A stretch of DNA of 64,000 nt from the NCBI GenBank assembly GCA_050949345.1, contig JBMNFN010000001.1, forward strand, positions 620,786-684,785, written 5' to 3'. The translations under genes were made by a program, and so were the position numbers. The notes below the pieces were generated by a model. The model made no database searches, was not told where the DNA came from, and saw only the letters and a list, made by a program, of their open reading frames with translations. Origin of the DNA: Anaerolineae bacterium. Its GTDB lineage: Bacteria; Chloroflexota; Anaerolineae; UBA1429. Shown one piece after another: positions 28,567 to 38,758 of this stretch. Each line of letters begins with the position of its first letter. Position 1 is the first letter of the stretch.

Positions 28567-30558
28567 ATGCACGCTCTGCCCATGCGCCAGGTCCATCTGG
28601 ACTTTCACACCGCCGGTCAGATTTCCGATGTGGGCGCCGACTGGAGCGCCGAGGCCTTTGTCGAGACGCTCCGCAGGGCCCACGTGAATTCGATCAACCT
28701 GTTTGCACGCTGTCATCATGGTTATGTCTACTATATGCCCTCGCGCTATGCCATACATCCGGCGCTCACCTTTGACCTTCTGGGCGAGCAAGTTTCGGCC
28801 TGTCGCTCTGTGGGCATCGCCAGCCCGGTGTATATCACCGTGGGTTGGGATGAGCTGGCGGCGGCGCGGCACCCAGAGTGGCTGGAAGTCACGCCCGAGG
28901 GGGTATTGGGGCAGCACAGCCCGCTGGAGGCCCGTTGGAAGAAATTGTGTCTCAACTCGCCCTATCTGGACTATGTCCTGGACCAGGCGCGGGAATTGAT
29001 CGAGCATCTGGGCGGCGCGGTCGACGGACTGTGGTACGACATTCTGCATCAGGGCGAGTGCGTGTGTGGCTATTGCCGGCGCGACATGCTGCGCCAGGGG
29101 CTGGACCCTGCCCGAGCGGAGGATCGGCAGGCCTTTGCCGCCTGCGTGCGTAACCGGGCCCGCCAGCGCCTGTATGAGGACGGCGAGGCTCGCGTGCCGG
29201 GCACGATGACCTTTTTCAATTCGGGGCATGTGGGCTACGACCAGACGATCCAAAGCTTGCCTTACTTTACACACTTTGAGCTCGAGTCTCTGCCGAGCAC
29301 GGGCCAGTGGGGCTACAGCCACTATCCCATCAGCGTGCGGTATGTGCGGACCCTGGGCAAGCCGCACCTGGGGATGACGGGCAAGTTTCACACCTCCTGG
29401 GGAGATTTTTCCTCACTCAAGAATCAGGCCGCACTCGAGTTCGAGTGCTTTCAGATGCTCGCCAACGGAGCGGCAGTGTGCATCGGCGACCAGCTGCACC
29501 CCCGGGGCAGACTCAACCCGCCCACCTATGACCTGATCGGCCGCGTGTACGAGCAGGTCGAGGCCAAAGAGCCCTGGTGTATCGACGCCGCGCCGCAGGC
29601 CGAGATCGCCGTGTTCAACGTCGAAGCGGTGGGCACAGAGGATGGCAGGGTCGACTCCAGCAACGCCGGTGCGTTGCGCATGCTCATGGAGGAGCATCAG
29701 CAGTTTGACTTTATCGACCAGCGTGCCGATTGGAGCCGCTACAAGGTCATCATCTTCCCCGACAAGGTTCCCTTTGACGAGGCGCTGGCCGCCCGGGTAC
29801 GCCGCTTCCTGCAGGGAGAGGGACGGGTCATTGCCAGCTACCGCGCTGGTTTGACGCCCGCAGGCGACCGTTTCGCCCTGCCCGAGTTTGGGCTGAACGT
29901 GATCGGCGAGGCACCCAACCATCCAGACTATCTCCGGGCTGCCGCCGAGCTGCGCGCCGACCTGCCGGATACCGAGTTGGTGATGTACGAGCGTGGCCTG
30001 GAGACGAGGGCACTGGAGGGCACCAGGGTGCTGGCCACGGTAACGGGTCCCTACTTTAATCGGCAGTGGGATCACTTTTGCTCCCATCGGCAGACCCCGA
30101 TGGACCCGAACAACGTTGCCCCCTACCCTGCCATCACTCAGTCGGCGGATGGCAAGGTGATCTATTTCGCGCACCCCATCATGGCGGGGTATCGATTGCA
30201 GGCGCCTCTCTGGTACAAGCGACTCCTGGCGGCGGCCCTGGGGCTGGCACTGCCCGAGCCAATGGTGCTCAGCGATGCACCCAGCAGCGCACAGGTGACC
30301 GTCACCCGGCAAGCCGACCAGGCGCGGACCATCGTACACCTGCTGCACTATGTGCCCGAGCGGCGCGGCCTCGAGTTTGATACCATCGAGGATGTTATTC
30401 CGCTGCACCAGGTGCGCGTGGGCCTCAGGGCAGCCGACCGCCCTGCCCGCCTGTATCTGGCGCCGGACGGCCAGGACTTGCCCTTTGAGTACGCCGATGG
30501 GCGTGTATGGTGCACCGTGCCCCGTGTGGATGGCCACGCCATGCTGGTGATCGAGTAG
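28567..30558 (+). CDS. Putative glycoside hydrolase (GHL6-like TIM barrel plus beta-galactosidase-trimerisation-like domain)
   Basis: VHLDFHT, CHHGYVYY and NSPYLDYV blocks suggest a hypothetical-glycosyl-hydrolase TIM barrel; the C-terminal part resembles Glyco_hydro_42M. AAGGAGG Shine-Dalgarno before ATG 28567. Family assignment is tentative. Confidence 0.4.
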   Translation: MHALPMRQVHLDFHTAGQISDVGADWSAEAFVETLRRAHVNSINLFARCHHGYVYYMPSRYAIHPALTFDLLGEQVSACRSVGIASPVYITVGWDELAAARHPEWLEVTPEGVLGQHSPLEARWKKLCLNSPYLDYVLDQARELIEHLGGAVDGLWYDILHQGECVCGYCRRDMLRQGLDPARAEDRQAFAACVRNRARQRLYEDGEARVPGTMTFFNSGHVGYDQTIQSLPYFTHFELESLPSTGQWGYSHYPISVRYVRTLGKPHLGMTGKFHTSWGDFSSLKNQAALEFECFQMLANGAAVCIGDQLHPRGRLNPPTYDLIGRVYEQVEAKEPWCIDAAPQAEIAVFNVEAVGTEDGRVDSSNAGALRMLMEEHQQFDFIDQRADWSRYKVIIFPDKVPFDEALAARVRRFLQGEGRVIASYRAGLTPAGDRFALPEFGLNVIGEAPNHPDYLRAAAELRADLPDTELVMYERGLETRALEGTRVLATVTGPYFNRQWDHFCSHRQTPMDPNNVAPYPAITQSADGKVIYFAHPIMAGYRLQAPLWYKRLLAAALGLALPEPMVLSDAPSSAQVTVTRQADQARTIVHLLHYVPERRGLEFDTIEDVIPLHQVRVGLRAADRPARLYLAPDGQDLPFEYADGRVWCTVPRVDGHAMLVIE

Positions 30559-30574
30559 ACGCCCGTCTGGAGGA

Positions 30575-31768
30575 GTGTCCGTGAAGATAACGTCAGCCGA
30601 GATCTATCACATCGAGCCGCCTCATAACGCCCAGGGCCTCAGCCTCGTGATGCTGCGACTCTGGACCGATGCCGGCATCTATGGCCTGGGAGAGGTGGCT
30701 CTGGCCTATGGTACGGGCAGCGCGGCTGGAGCCGCCATGGTGCGCCAGCTGGTGGAGCGCTATGCCTTGGGAGCAGATCCCTTTCGCATCGAACAGCTGT
30801 GGCACCGGATGTTCCGCGAGACCTTTTGGGCGCTGGGCGGCGGCCCAGTGGTATACGGCGGCATGAGTGCCATCGATGTAGCCCTGTGGGACATCAAGGG
30901 CAAGGCGCTGGGCATGCCCGTGTATGAGCTGCTCGGTGGGCTGGTACAATCGCGCATCCGCCTGTATGCCAATGGCTGGTCCAACCTGACGGGTGAGGAT
31001 GGCCGCCCGCTGGTGTGCCGACCAGAGGAATATGCCCGTGCCGTACAGCGGGTGTTGCAGGATGGCTATACCGCGCTCAAGTTCGATCCGTTTTACATCA
31101 ACGCGTCACGCCGGCGCTGGCATCCCGGCCCGCTGCTGGACCGAGAGATGACCGAGCTGGCCGTGGCCAGGGTCGCGGCGGTGCGCGAGGCCGTGGGGCC
31201 CGAGGTCGAGATCTGCATCGAGGTGCATGGCGCCCTGGGCGTCAATACCGCCATCGAGGTCGGCAACCGTCTGGTAGAGAGCCGTCCCTTTTTCTACGAA
31301 GAGCCCGTCCACGCCCTGAATGTGGACGCCATGCGCAAGGTGGCCCGCCGTGTACCCCTGCCCATCGCCGCTGGTGAGCGCCTCTATACACGCTTTGGCT
31401 TTCGCGAGTACATCGAAAAGCAGGTGGTGGATATCATCCAACCCGACATCAGCCTGGCGGGGGGGCTGACCGAGACGAAAAAGATCGCCGACTATGCTGA
31501 CACCTATGGGATCCACGTGCAGCCGCATCTGTGCGCCGGTCCGGTCCACACGGCTGCCTGCATCCAGCTGGATGCGGCCATGCCCAACCTGATCATCCAG
31601 GAGTGGCGGCCCTATGCCGGCGACTCGATGCTGGAGCTGGTCAACGAGCCGCTGGATGACAAGGCGCGGCACGGTTACCTGGAGGTGCCGCAGCGACCCG
31701 GGCTGGGCGTAACTGCGAATGAACCTGTGCTGGCGCGCTATCCGTGCGTGCATATCGCCGTGGACTAG
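30575..31768 (+). CDS. Enolase-superfamily dehydratase, ManD/GalD-like (paralog 2)
   Basis: KITSAEIYHIE .. GIYGLGEVA N-terminal domain, then WDIKGKALGMPVYELLGG, KFDPF, EEP and DIIQPD barrel motifs. Confidence 0.75.
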   Translation: MSVKITSAEIYHIEPPHNAQGLSLVMLRLWTDAGIYGLGEVALAYGTGSAAGAAMVRQLVERYALGADPFRIEQLWHRMFRETFWALGGGPVVYGGMSAIDVALWDIKGKALGMPVYELLGGLVQSRIRLYANGWSNLTGEDGRPLVCRPEEYARAVQRVLQDGYTALKFDPFYINASRRRWHPGPLLDREMTELAVARVAAVREAVGPEVEICIEVHGALGVNTAIEVGNRLVESRPFFYEEPVHALNVDAMRKVARRVPLPIAAGERLYTRFGFREYIEKQVVDIIQPDISLAGGLTETKKIADYADTYGIHVQPHLCAGPVHTAACIQLDAAMPNLIIQEWRPYAGDSMLELVNEPLDDKARHGYLEVPQRPGLGVTANEPVLARYPCVHIAVD

Positions 31769-31787
31769 CGCTAACCGAGGAATGAGC

Positions 31788-32969
31788 ATGAAGATCACCG
31801 CCGTACACATTTACGACTGCAAGCTGTATCCGCATGCCACGGCGAACAACCTGGTGCTGCTCTTGCTCCAGACAGACCAGGGGATCGAAGGCCTGGGTGA
31901 AGTCTCCCTGGCTTATGGCGCCGGTGCCACAGCGGCTGTGGGCATGTTGCGTCAACTGGCAGAACGCTTTCTGCTGGGTGCCGACCCCATGCACATTGAG
32001 CAGATGTGGAACCGCCTCTTTCGGGGCACCTTCTGGGGCCAGGGAGGCGGTCCAGTCCTCTATGGGGCCATGAGCGCCATCGACGCCGCGTTGTGGGACA
32101 TCAAGGGCAAGCTGTTTGGAGTGCCCGCCTGGGAGCTGTTGGGGGGGCGCGTCAATGACCGTCTGCGGCTGTATGCCAACGGCTGGTACTCGCGCGACAG
32201 CGCGCAGGGGCGCGTGAACCTTGTAGAGCCAGCCGAATACGCCGAGCGCGCGCTGGCCGTCGTGGCGGATGGCTACACCGCTATCAAGTTCGATCCTTTT
32301 GTGGTGCTTGCCGACGGACGCCGCATCAACCCGCCGCGGCAGCTCCCCAGGGAACAGGCCGACCTTGCCATGGCGCGCGTGGCAGCCGTGCGGGAGGCGG
32401 TCGGGTCAGAGATCGATATCATGGTGGAGGCACACGGCAACCTTGGCGCCACCTCGGCGATCGAAATCGGGCGTCGTCTGGAAGAGTACCATCCCTTTTT
32501 CTTTGAGGAGCCCGTGGATGCCACCAACGTGGAGGCGATGGCCAAGGTGGTCGAGAGCATCCGCATCCCGGTGGCAGCAGGCGAACGCCTGTATACGCGG
32601 CACGACTTTCGACCGTATATCGAGCGGCAGCTTCTGGCGGTGATCCAACCGGACATGGGACTGGCCGGCGGGCTCAGCGAAGTGAAAAAGATCGCAGCCT
32701 ATGCCGAGACCTATGACATTCATGTGCAGCCCCACAACTGCGCGGGACCGGTTTCGACGGCCATGGCGGTGCAGCTCGATACCTGCATCACCAATTTCAT
32801 CATTCAAGAATGGTTTCCCTATCGCGACGCGCGCTATTATGAACTGGTGGAACACGCGCTGGATACAGATGCGGTGGACGGGTTCTATCGCCCTGGCGAC
32901 ACACCCGGTCTGGGTGTTACCCTCAACCGTGAGGTAGCACAGCGATACGAGCATCTGGTCGTGCGCTAG
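31788..32969 (+). CDS. Enolase-superfamily dehydratase, ManD/GalD-like (paralog 3, tandem to paralog 2)
   Basis: MKITAVHIYD .. GIEGLGEVS, WDIKGKLFGVPAWELLGG, EEP and VIQPD; it shares most motifs with paralog 2 immediately upstream. Confidence 0.75.
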   Translation: MKITAVHIYDCKLYPHATANNLVLLLLQTDQGIEGLGEVSLAYGAGATAAVGMLRQLAERFLLGADPMHIEQMWNRLFRGTFWGQGGGPVLYGAMSAIDAALWDIKGKLFGVPAWELLGGRVNDRLRLYANGWYSRDSAQGRVNLVEPAEYAERALAVVADGYTAIKFDPFVVLADGRRINPPRQLPREQADLAMARVAAVREAVGSEIDIMVEAHGNLGATSAIEIGRRLEEYHPFFFEEPVDATNVEAMAKVVESIRIPVAAGERLYTRHDFRPYIERQLLAVIQPDMGLAGGLSEVKKIAAYAETYDIHVQPHNCAGPVSTAMAVQLDTCITNFIIQEWFPYRDARYYELVEHALDTDAVDGFYRPGDTPGLGVTLNREVAQRYEHLVVR

Positions 32970-32987
32970 TGGGTTGCAGGACACTTT

Positions 32988-33028
32988 AAAAAAAAAGCCA
33001 GCGGTGCAGTCTCTCCTGCACCGCTGGC
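32988..33028 (-). terminator. Rho-independent terminator of phoU (minus strand), abutting the end of the plus-strand operon
   Basis: 13-bp stem GCCAGCGGTGCAG / CTGCACCGCTGGC followed on the minus strand by a 9-nt U-tract (A9 at 32988-32996 on the plus strand), 22 nt past the phoU stop. Confidence 0.8.
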
Positions 33029-33049
33029 GGTCACGCTGCTCACTCTGCT

Positions 33050-33715
33050 CTAGCTGGCGTCCAGCTCCTGCATGTCCCCGGTCACCGTGAATACGGCCCG
33101 CTCGCAGATGTTGGTGACCCGGTCTGCTGCTCGCTCAAGGTTGTGCGCCGCCCAGGTGATATAGTTGGACTGGTCCATTCGGCTCGGATCGGCGATGATC
33201 ATCTCGATCATGGCGGCGTTCACCTGGTTGTACAGGGCGTCCACCTCATCATCCTCCTGCGGGATGGCGCGGGCAGCCTCGGCATCCTGCCGTAAGAACG
33301 CCTCCAGAGCCCTGCTCAGCATGGAGCGCGCCTTGGCGGCCATGAGCGGCAGCTCGGGGAGAGGGGGAAGCGGCACAGCGCCGCCCATCATCAGTGTCAC
33401 CTTGGCGATCCCTTTGGCATAGTCCCCGATGCGCTCCAGGTCCCCCACGATCTCGAGGATGGCTGCCAGCGCGCGCAGGTCGGTGGCCATGGGCTGGTGC
33501 CGGGCGATCAGAATCAACACGTCCGATTCGATGGCATAGCGCTGCTGGTCGATGGCGTCATCCGCACTCATCAGGCGCTCTGCTGCGGCGCCGTCCTGAG
33601 CACGGAGCACCTCCACGGACTCGCCCAGGGCACGGGAGACGATGCTGCCCATCAAACTCATCTCATCCTGTAGACGTTGCAGCTCCCGATCGAGTGTGGT
33701 TCGCGTCATGAGCAC
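33050..33715 (-). CDS. phoU: Phosphate signalling complex protein PhoU
   Basis: Two PhoU repeats (DDAIDQQRYAIE.. and DDEVDALYNQVN..) with the conserved E/D and RIGD motifs. Confidence 0.85.
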   Translation of the reverse strand: MLMTRTTLDRELQRLQDEMSLMGSIVSRALGESVEVLRAQDGAAAERLMSADDAIDQQRYAIESDVLILIARHQPMATDLRALAAILEIVGDLERIGDYAKGIAKVTLMMGGAVPLPPLPELPLMAAKARSMLSRALEAFLRQDAEAARAIPQEDDEVDALYNQVNAAMIEMIIADPSRMDQSNYITWAAHNLERAADRVTNICERAVFTVTGDMQELDAS

Positions 33716-33722
33716 TTTCCTC

Positions 33723-34529
33723 TCAGAATCTGTACACTTTCAAGACGCCGTCCGGCTGACCCTCCAGGCGGGCGACTATTTCCACATGGGGGGCCAGCGT
33801 GCTGTGTCGCAGCTTGCGCTGCAAGAGCTCATCCACCTGAAAGATGCCGGCGCTGCTGGCGAGATCGATGGCGATGCGGATGGGACGCTCCTCGCCGCGC
33901 TCGATGTGCACCTCTTGAATCTCCATCGCAGAGACCGAGTGGATGTTTACCGAGCCCGCCTCAAAGGGAATACGCGAGCGCCCCTGTTTCATGTCCAGTG
34001 CGTCTGCCACCTTGACCACGCCCGCCTCCAGCGTGAGGCAGCTCACCTCCCAGTTGTGGGCGATGATGGCGTGCAGCACCTCGCTGGTCATAATGGTGCG
34101 CTGTGGCTCTTTGTACAAATCGGCCAGCAGCTGGCGCGCCTTGGGATAGGCGATCACCAGGCTGTGGTGCTCATGGTCCTCACGGTGGATGGAAATGCCC
34201 ACGTCGTGGAGACAGGCCGCCAGCACAACAACTACCTCGGCGTCATCCACGCCCATCTCGTAATCAGAGATGATATTGGGCGTCACCTGCGCCTCTACCA
34301 ACAGCCGCAACAGGCGCAAAGCGGCATTGGCGACGATGCGAATATGCACCTCTCCATGGTCCGACATGCGCGAACGGTTGACCGCATTCATGTTGGCGGA
34401 TACGTACAGCTGAGCCAGCTCCTCGTCCGCATTGATGCGTGTCAGAAGCTCGCGCAACTTTTCATTATGTCTGGTCGGCACGTTGATGTTCATGATCTCA
34501 CCCAGAATAGCGAGACACGAGCGAGTCAC
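33723..34529 (-). CDS. HD-domain phosphohydrolase
   Basis: HD motif LHDVGISIHREDHEHHS and a downstream D in KVADALD. It sits between pstB and phoU; ATG 34493 (MNINV) is an alternative start. Confidence 0.55.
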   Translation of the reverse strand: MTRSCLAILGEIMNINVPTRHNEKLRELLTRINADEELAQLYVSANMNAVNRSRMSDHGEVHIRIVANAALRLLRLLVEAQVTPNIISDYEMGVDDAEVVVVLAACLHDVGISIHREDHEHHSLVIAYPKARQLLADLYKEPQRTIMTSEVLHAIIAHNWEVSCLTLEAGVVKVADALDMKQGRSRIPFEAGSVNIHSVSAMEIQEVHIERGEERPIRIAIDLASSAGIFQVDELLQRKLRHSTLAPHVEIVARLEGQPDGVLKVYRF

Positions 34530-34620
34530 ACCGGTGCCAGCACCGCGGTGAATTCACTCGTGTATGGATTGTCGCACAGCCACAGGTTCGCGTCAAGCAA
34601 CGGAGGGGCTGGCCTCTGTT

Positions 34621-35526
34621 CTAGCCAAAGCGCCCCGTGATATAGTCTTCCGTGCGGCTGTCCTTGGGGTTGGTGAACAGCTCATCGGTGGGGCCCTGCT
34701 CGATCAAGCGACCGGCGCGGTCTTCGCCCATCATCAGAAAAGCCGTATAGTCCGACACGCGAGCGGCCTGCTGCATATTGTGGGTCACGATGACGATGGT
34801 GTAGGAGCGCACCAGCTCCCGCATCAGCTCTTCGATACGCAGGGTGGCCACCGGGTCGAGGGCCGAGGCGGGCTCGTCCATCAACAGAATCTCCGGCTCA
34901 ACCGCCAACGCCCGTGCGATGCACAGACGCTGCTGCTGACCGCCAGAAAGCGCCGTTCCTGACTGGAACAGCTTTTCCTTGACTTCATCCCAGAGCGCGG
35001 CCAGGCGCAGAGCGCGCTCCACCCGTTCGTCCATATCGGGCACCCGGCCCCATTGGTTCAAACGCAGACCAGCGGCCACGTTGTCATAGATGGACATGGT
35101 GGGAAATGGGTTGGGCTTTTGAAAGACCATGCCCACATGCCGACGCACCAGCGCCGGATCCACACCCGGGCCATAGATATCCTGCCCCGCCAGACTGACT
35201 GTGCCTCTGGCCCAGGCGCCCTTGACCTCCTCGTGCATGCGGTTGAGGCAGCGCAAGAAGGTGGACTTGCCCGAACCGGAAGGGCCGATGATCGCCGTGA
35301 TGGTGCGCGGCCTGATCTCGAGACTGATGGCGTCCACAGCCCGAAAGGAGCCAAACCCCGCAGCCAGATCCTGTACGTTCATCGCCAGGTGGCTGGCCGC
35401 CAGTTCGACCCGGGGCTCGGTGTCCGCACGGCTGGCGGAGGCCGCTCCGTGCACCTCCGTCGTGGCGCCTGCCCGCGTAGGACTGCTCACCACCCGGACG
35501 GGCGCAGCCTGCAATTTGATGGTCAT
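34621..35526 (-). CDS. pstB: Phosphate ABC transporter ATP-binding protein
   Basis: Walker [10 protein letters not shown], signature LSGGQQQRL and Walker B LLMDEP; an alternative shorter start lies at MNVQDL (35382). Confidence 0.9.
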   Translation of the reverse strand: MTIKLQAAPVRVVSSPTRAGATTEVHGAASASRADTEPRVELAASHLAMNVQDLAAGFGSFRAVDAISLEIRPRTITAIIGPSGSGKSTFLRCLNRMHEEVKGAWARGTVSLAGQDIYGPGVDPALVRRHVGMVFQKPNPFPTMSIYDNVAAGLRLNQWGRVPDMDERVERALRLAALWDEVKEKLFQSGTALSGGQQQRLCIARALAVEPEILLMDEPASALDPVATLRIEELMRELVRSYTIVIVTHNMQQAARVSDYTAFLMMGEDRAGRLIEQGPTDELFTNPKDSRTEDYITGRFG

Positions 35527-35542
35527 ATTCTCAACTCCTGTA

Positions 35543-36379
35543 TTAGGCCGTCCCATGTCGCCCGGCACGGCGCGACAAGACACCGGCAGTCAGCATCAGG
35601 CTGGTAAGAATCAGTGCGGTACCCCATGCCTTGGCCTGCCAGTCAGCATAGGGCGAGATGGCATAGGTAAAGAGAGTGTGAGGCAGCGTTGCGATGGGCT
35701 CCCTGATGTCCACGCTCCAATAGGGGTTGCCAAAGGCGGTAAAGAGCAAGGGCGCCGTCTCACCCGCCACACGGGCCACCGCCAATAGGATGCCCGTGGT
35801 GACCCCCGCCCGCGCCCCGGGAAGGACCACACTGGCGATCGTACGCCACCGGGTGAGGCCCAGGGCCAGGGCTGCCTCGCGCTGCGAATCGGGCACCATG
35901 CGCATCATCTCCTCAGTAGTACGCACCACCGAAGGCAGCATCATCACCCCCAGGGCGATGCCTCCTGACAGGGCGGAAAACTGCCCCTGGCGCGAAACGA
36001 TGAGGTTATAGGCAAAGATACCGATCACGATAGAGGGCACGCCCGAGAGGACGTCGGCCAGATAACGAACCACGTCCGCAAAGCGGCCCCGCCCGAATTC
36101 AGACAGATAAGTGCCTGCTCCCAGACCCACAGGAACGGCCAACAGTGAGGCCAGGCCGATCACGATCAGCGAGCCCGCCAGGGCGTTGACCACGCCTCCA
36201 CCGGGGACTCCCACGGGCGTGGGCAGTTTGGAGAGCAGGTCCCAGTTCAACGCCGCTATACCATTGCGGGCGACAAAAGCCAACACTGCCAGCAGGGCAA
36301 GCGCCGCCAGTGCTGCCGACAGTCCTGTGAGGGCCATCATGACCGAGTTGACGATCTTGCGCCACAGTGATTTGTTCAT
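35543..36379 (-). CDS. pstA: Phosphate ABC transporter permease PstA
   Basis: Six-TM PstA topology with the EAA-like motif [11 protein letters not shown]. Confidence 0.85.
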   Translation of the reverse strand: MNKSLWRKIVNSVMMALTGLSAALAALALLAVLAFVARNGIAALNWDLLSKLPTPVGVPGGGVVNALAGSLIVIGLASLLAVPVGLGAGTYLSEFGRGRFADVVRYLADVLSGVPSIVIGIFAYNLIVSRQGQFSALSGGIALGVMMLPSVVRTTEEMMRMVPDSQREAALALGLTRWRTIASVVLPGARAGVTTGILLAVARVAGETAPLLFTAFGNPYWSVDIREPIATLPHTLFTYAISPYADWQAKAWGTALILTSLMLTAGVLSRRAGRHGTA

Positions 36380-36380
36380 G

Positions 36381-37361
36381 TCAGCCCCTCGACGCCATGC
36401 TGCGCGTAAGCCGCCACACCAGCAGCCGCGCGGCCCCATTCAGCAGCAGAGTGATCGCAAAGAGCACCAATCCCAGCTCCATCAGGGCCGAGATGTGCAT
36501 GGGCGAAACCGCCTCTGCGAACTCGTTGGCGATCTGGCTGGACAATGTGTACGCCGGTGAAAAGAGACAACTGGAGACCTGTGAACGGTTCCCGATGAGC
36601 ATGGTCACCGCCATGGTCTCGCCCACCGCTCGCCCCAGGGCGAGGAGCAACCCACCCACGATGCCCGAGCGCGCATGCGGAACCACCACTTTCCAGATGG
36701 TCTCCCAGCGCGTAGCGCCAAGGGCCAGCATGGCCTCGCGCTGGTCATTGGGGACGGCCCGCAGCACGTCACGTCCCACCGAAATGCCATAGGGCAGGAT
36801 CATGATGGCCAAAATGGCCACCGCCGACATCATGCCGATACCCAACGGTCGGCAGGCAAAAAAGGGCAACGCTCCGAAACGGGTGTTCAGCCAGATTTGA
36901 ATAGGATCCCGCATGGCAGGCACCATGACGTACAGTCCCCACAGGCCGTACACCACCGAAGGCACCGAGGCCAGCAGCTCGATGAGAAAGGAGAGGGGTG
37001 ACTCGAGCCAACGCGGCGCGATCTCGGCGAGAAAGATGGCCGCCAACAGGCCCAGTGGGCCAGCGACCGCCAGCGCAAGAATCGACGAGGTCACTGTACC
37101 GAAAATCGCCGGCCAGGCACCATAGCGATCGGCCACCGGGTCCCAGCTGGAGGAACTCAGAAAGCCCCAGCCGAACTCACGAAGGGTCGGAAGGGCCCCC
37201 TGGGCCAGCTCGAACACCAGCAATAACATGATCAAGGCCAACAGCGCAGCCATGGACCAGGCCCACCCCCGAAAGAGGTGATCGCCCACTCGGCCGCGCC
37301 GAGAAACAAGAACGGGCGGCTCGTTAAACCCGGCTGCCCTCAGCTGCTCTACGCTTTCCAA
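36381..37361 (-). CDS. pstC: Phosphate ABC transporter permease PstC
   Basis: PstC-type permease with EAMLALGATRWE; 1-nt gap to pstA. Confidence 0.85.
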   Translation of the reverse strand: MESVEQLRAAGFNEPPVLVSRRGRVGDHLFRGWAWSMAALLALIMLLLVFELAQGALPTLREFGWGFLSSSSWDPVADRYGAWPAIFGTVTSSILALAVAGPLGLLAAIFLAEIAPRWLESPLSFLIELLASVPSVVYGLWGLYVMVPAMRDPIQIWLNTRFGALPFFACRPLGIGMMSAVAILAIMILPYGISVGRDVLRAVPNDQREAMLALGATRWETIWKVVVPHARSGIVGGLLLALGRAVGETMAVTMLIGNRSQVSSCLFSPAYTLSSQIANEFAEAVSPMHISALMELGLVLFAITLLLNGAARLLVWRLTRSMASRG

Positions 37362-37430
37362 TCTCTATCCCCTTTATGCTCTATCAGGAGGGCCGTTGCC
37401 GGCCCTCCTGCAAACTCTTTCGCACAGGGC

Positions 37431-38612
37431 TCAGGGCACGATGGGCTGGCCATTGCAGGTCAGTGCATCGACCCGTGCCTGCACCAGCGCTTTGACATCG
37501 GCACCCAGGGGCGCGTACAGCAGCTCCTCAGCAAAGGCGTCCGCCTCGGGTGACATCGCCCAAGTGATCAGCTTTTGCAGCTCACGGGCCTTGTCGCAAT
37601 CCTGCATGTCCTCATAGACCAGCAGGAAGGTGTAGCCAGCGATGGGGTACGAGTCCGCACCAGGGGCATTCACCAGCACCTGCCCAAGATCCTCAGGCAT
37701 ATCCGCGATAGCCTCGTTGGAAGCCGCGGTGGTGCTCTCCAAGCCTGGCTCGATCACATTGCCGGCCTGGTTCTGCACGTATGCATAGGCCAACTTGTTC
37801 TGAACGGCATAGGCCAGCTCCACGTAGCCGATGCTGCCGGGCTGCTCTTTGACGATACCAGCCACACCCTCGTTACCCTTGCCACCGAGGCCCACGGGCC
37901 ACTCGACTGCGGTACCGGCACCCACGCGAGACAGCCACTCTTCGCTGACCGCGCTCAGGTAGCTGGTAAAGATGAACGAGGTACCCGAGCCATCGGAGCG
38001 ATGCGCAACCACGATCTCGGCGTCAGGGAGCTGCACGTCGGGATTGGAAGCGGCGATCTGGGGATCGTTCCAGCGAGTGATCTGGCCCAGGAAGATGCCC
38101 GAGATGACCTCTGGCGTAAGCACAAGGCCCGTCTCCAGAGGCTCGCCATCGGCGCCCTCCACGTTATAGGCCAACACCACGGCACCAGCGACCGTAGGAA
38201 GCATCATCAGACCGGGAGCCGCAGCCTTTTGCTCGTCGTTCAGAACAGCGTCCGAACCGGCAAAGTCCACGTTCTTCTCGGTGATCTGACGGATACCACC
38301 GCCCGAGCCGATGCTCTGATAGTTGATGCGGGGCACAGCGTTGACAAACGCGTACTCGTAGAACCAGCGCGAGTAGAGGGGATACGGGAAGCTGGCACCA
38401 GCGCCGGTCAACTGCACCGAACCAGCGGCCGCCTGCGGCTCCTCAGGAGCAGCGGTGGGCATCACCGTGACCTGCTTCTCGACCTCGACCACTACCGTAA
38501 CGGGCTTTTCCACTTCTTGAACAATGGTCTCTGGCTCAGGCTGTGAACATCCCACCAGGCCCGCCACCAAAGCAACGAGAACCAATCCCAGTAACCACGA
38601 ACGACGCATCAT
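37431..38612 (-). CDS. pstS: Phosphate-binding lipoprotein PstS
   Basis: Signal peptide plus lipobox LVGCS and a PstS/PBP fold (GAGASFPYPLYSRW .. SGGG .. AHRSDGSGTSF). Confidence 0.85.
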   Translation of the reverse strand: MMRRSWLLGLVLVALVAGLVGCSQPEPETIVQEVEKPVTVVVEVEKQVTVMPTAAPEEPQAAAGSVQLTGAGASFPYPLYSRWFYEYAFVNAVPRINYQSIGSGGGIRQITEKNVDFAGSDAVLNDEQKAAAPGLMMLPTVAGAVVLAYNVEGADGEPLETGLVLTPEVISGIFLGQITRWNDPQIAASNPDVQLPDAEIVVAHRSDGSGTSFIFTSYLSAVSEEWLSRVGAGTAVEWPVGLGGKGNEGVAGIVKEQPGSIGYVELAYAVQNKLAYAYVQNQAGNVIEPGLESTTAASNEAIADMPEDLGQVLVNAPGADSYPIAGYTFLLVYEDMQDCDKARELQKLITWAMSPEADAFAEELLYAPLGADVKALVQARVDALTCNGQPIVP

Positions 38613-38693
38613 TCCTCCTTGCTCTCTTCTTGAATCCGCAAGGAGATTAACACGCCCACTTTAACGAGCCTTTGGGCCCATGTTAAAGGACGG

Positions 38694-38728
38694 TAAAAGA
38701 TTGAGCGCGCTCTGATCAGTGCGCTCAA
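38694..38728 (-). terminator. Terminator downstream of the phoR-like kinase, upstream of the pstS promoter region
   Basis: Near-perfect inverted repeat TTGAGCGCGC-TCTGATCA-GTGCGCTCAA (9 of 10 bp), followed on the minus strand by TCTTTTAC. Confidence 0.5.
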
Positions 38729-38758
38729 GCATCGGTCGCAAGTTGTTGGGCCCCCGAA

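Noticed and set aside
38613-38700. Explicit Pho boxes in the pstS upstream region
   Set aside because: On the minus strand the region has TTAAC/TTTAAC-like direct repeats (for example cttttaccgtcctttaacatggg), but without a validated consensus for this lineage I could not delimit them reliably, so I did not list coordinates.
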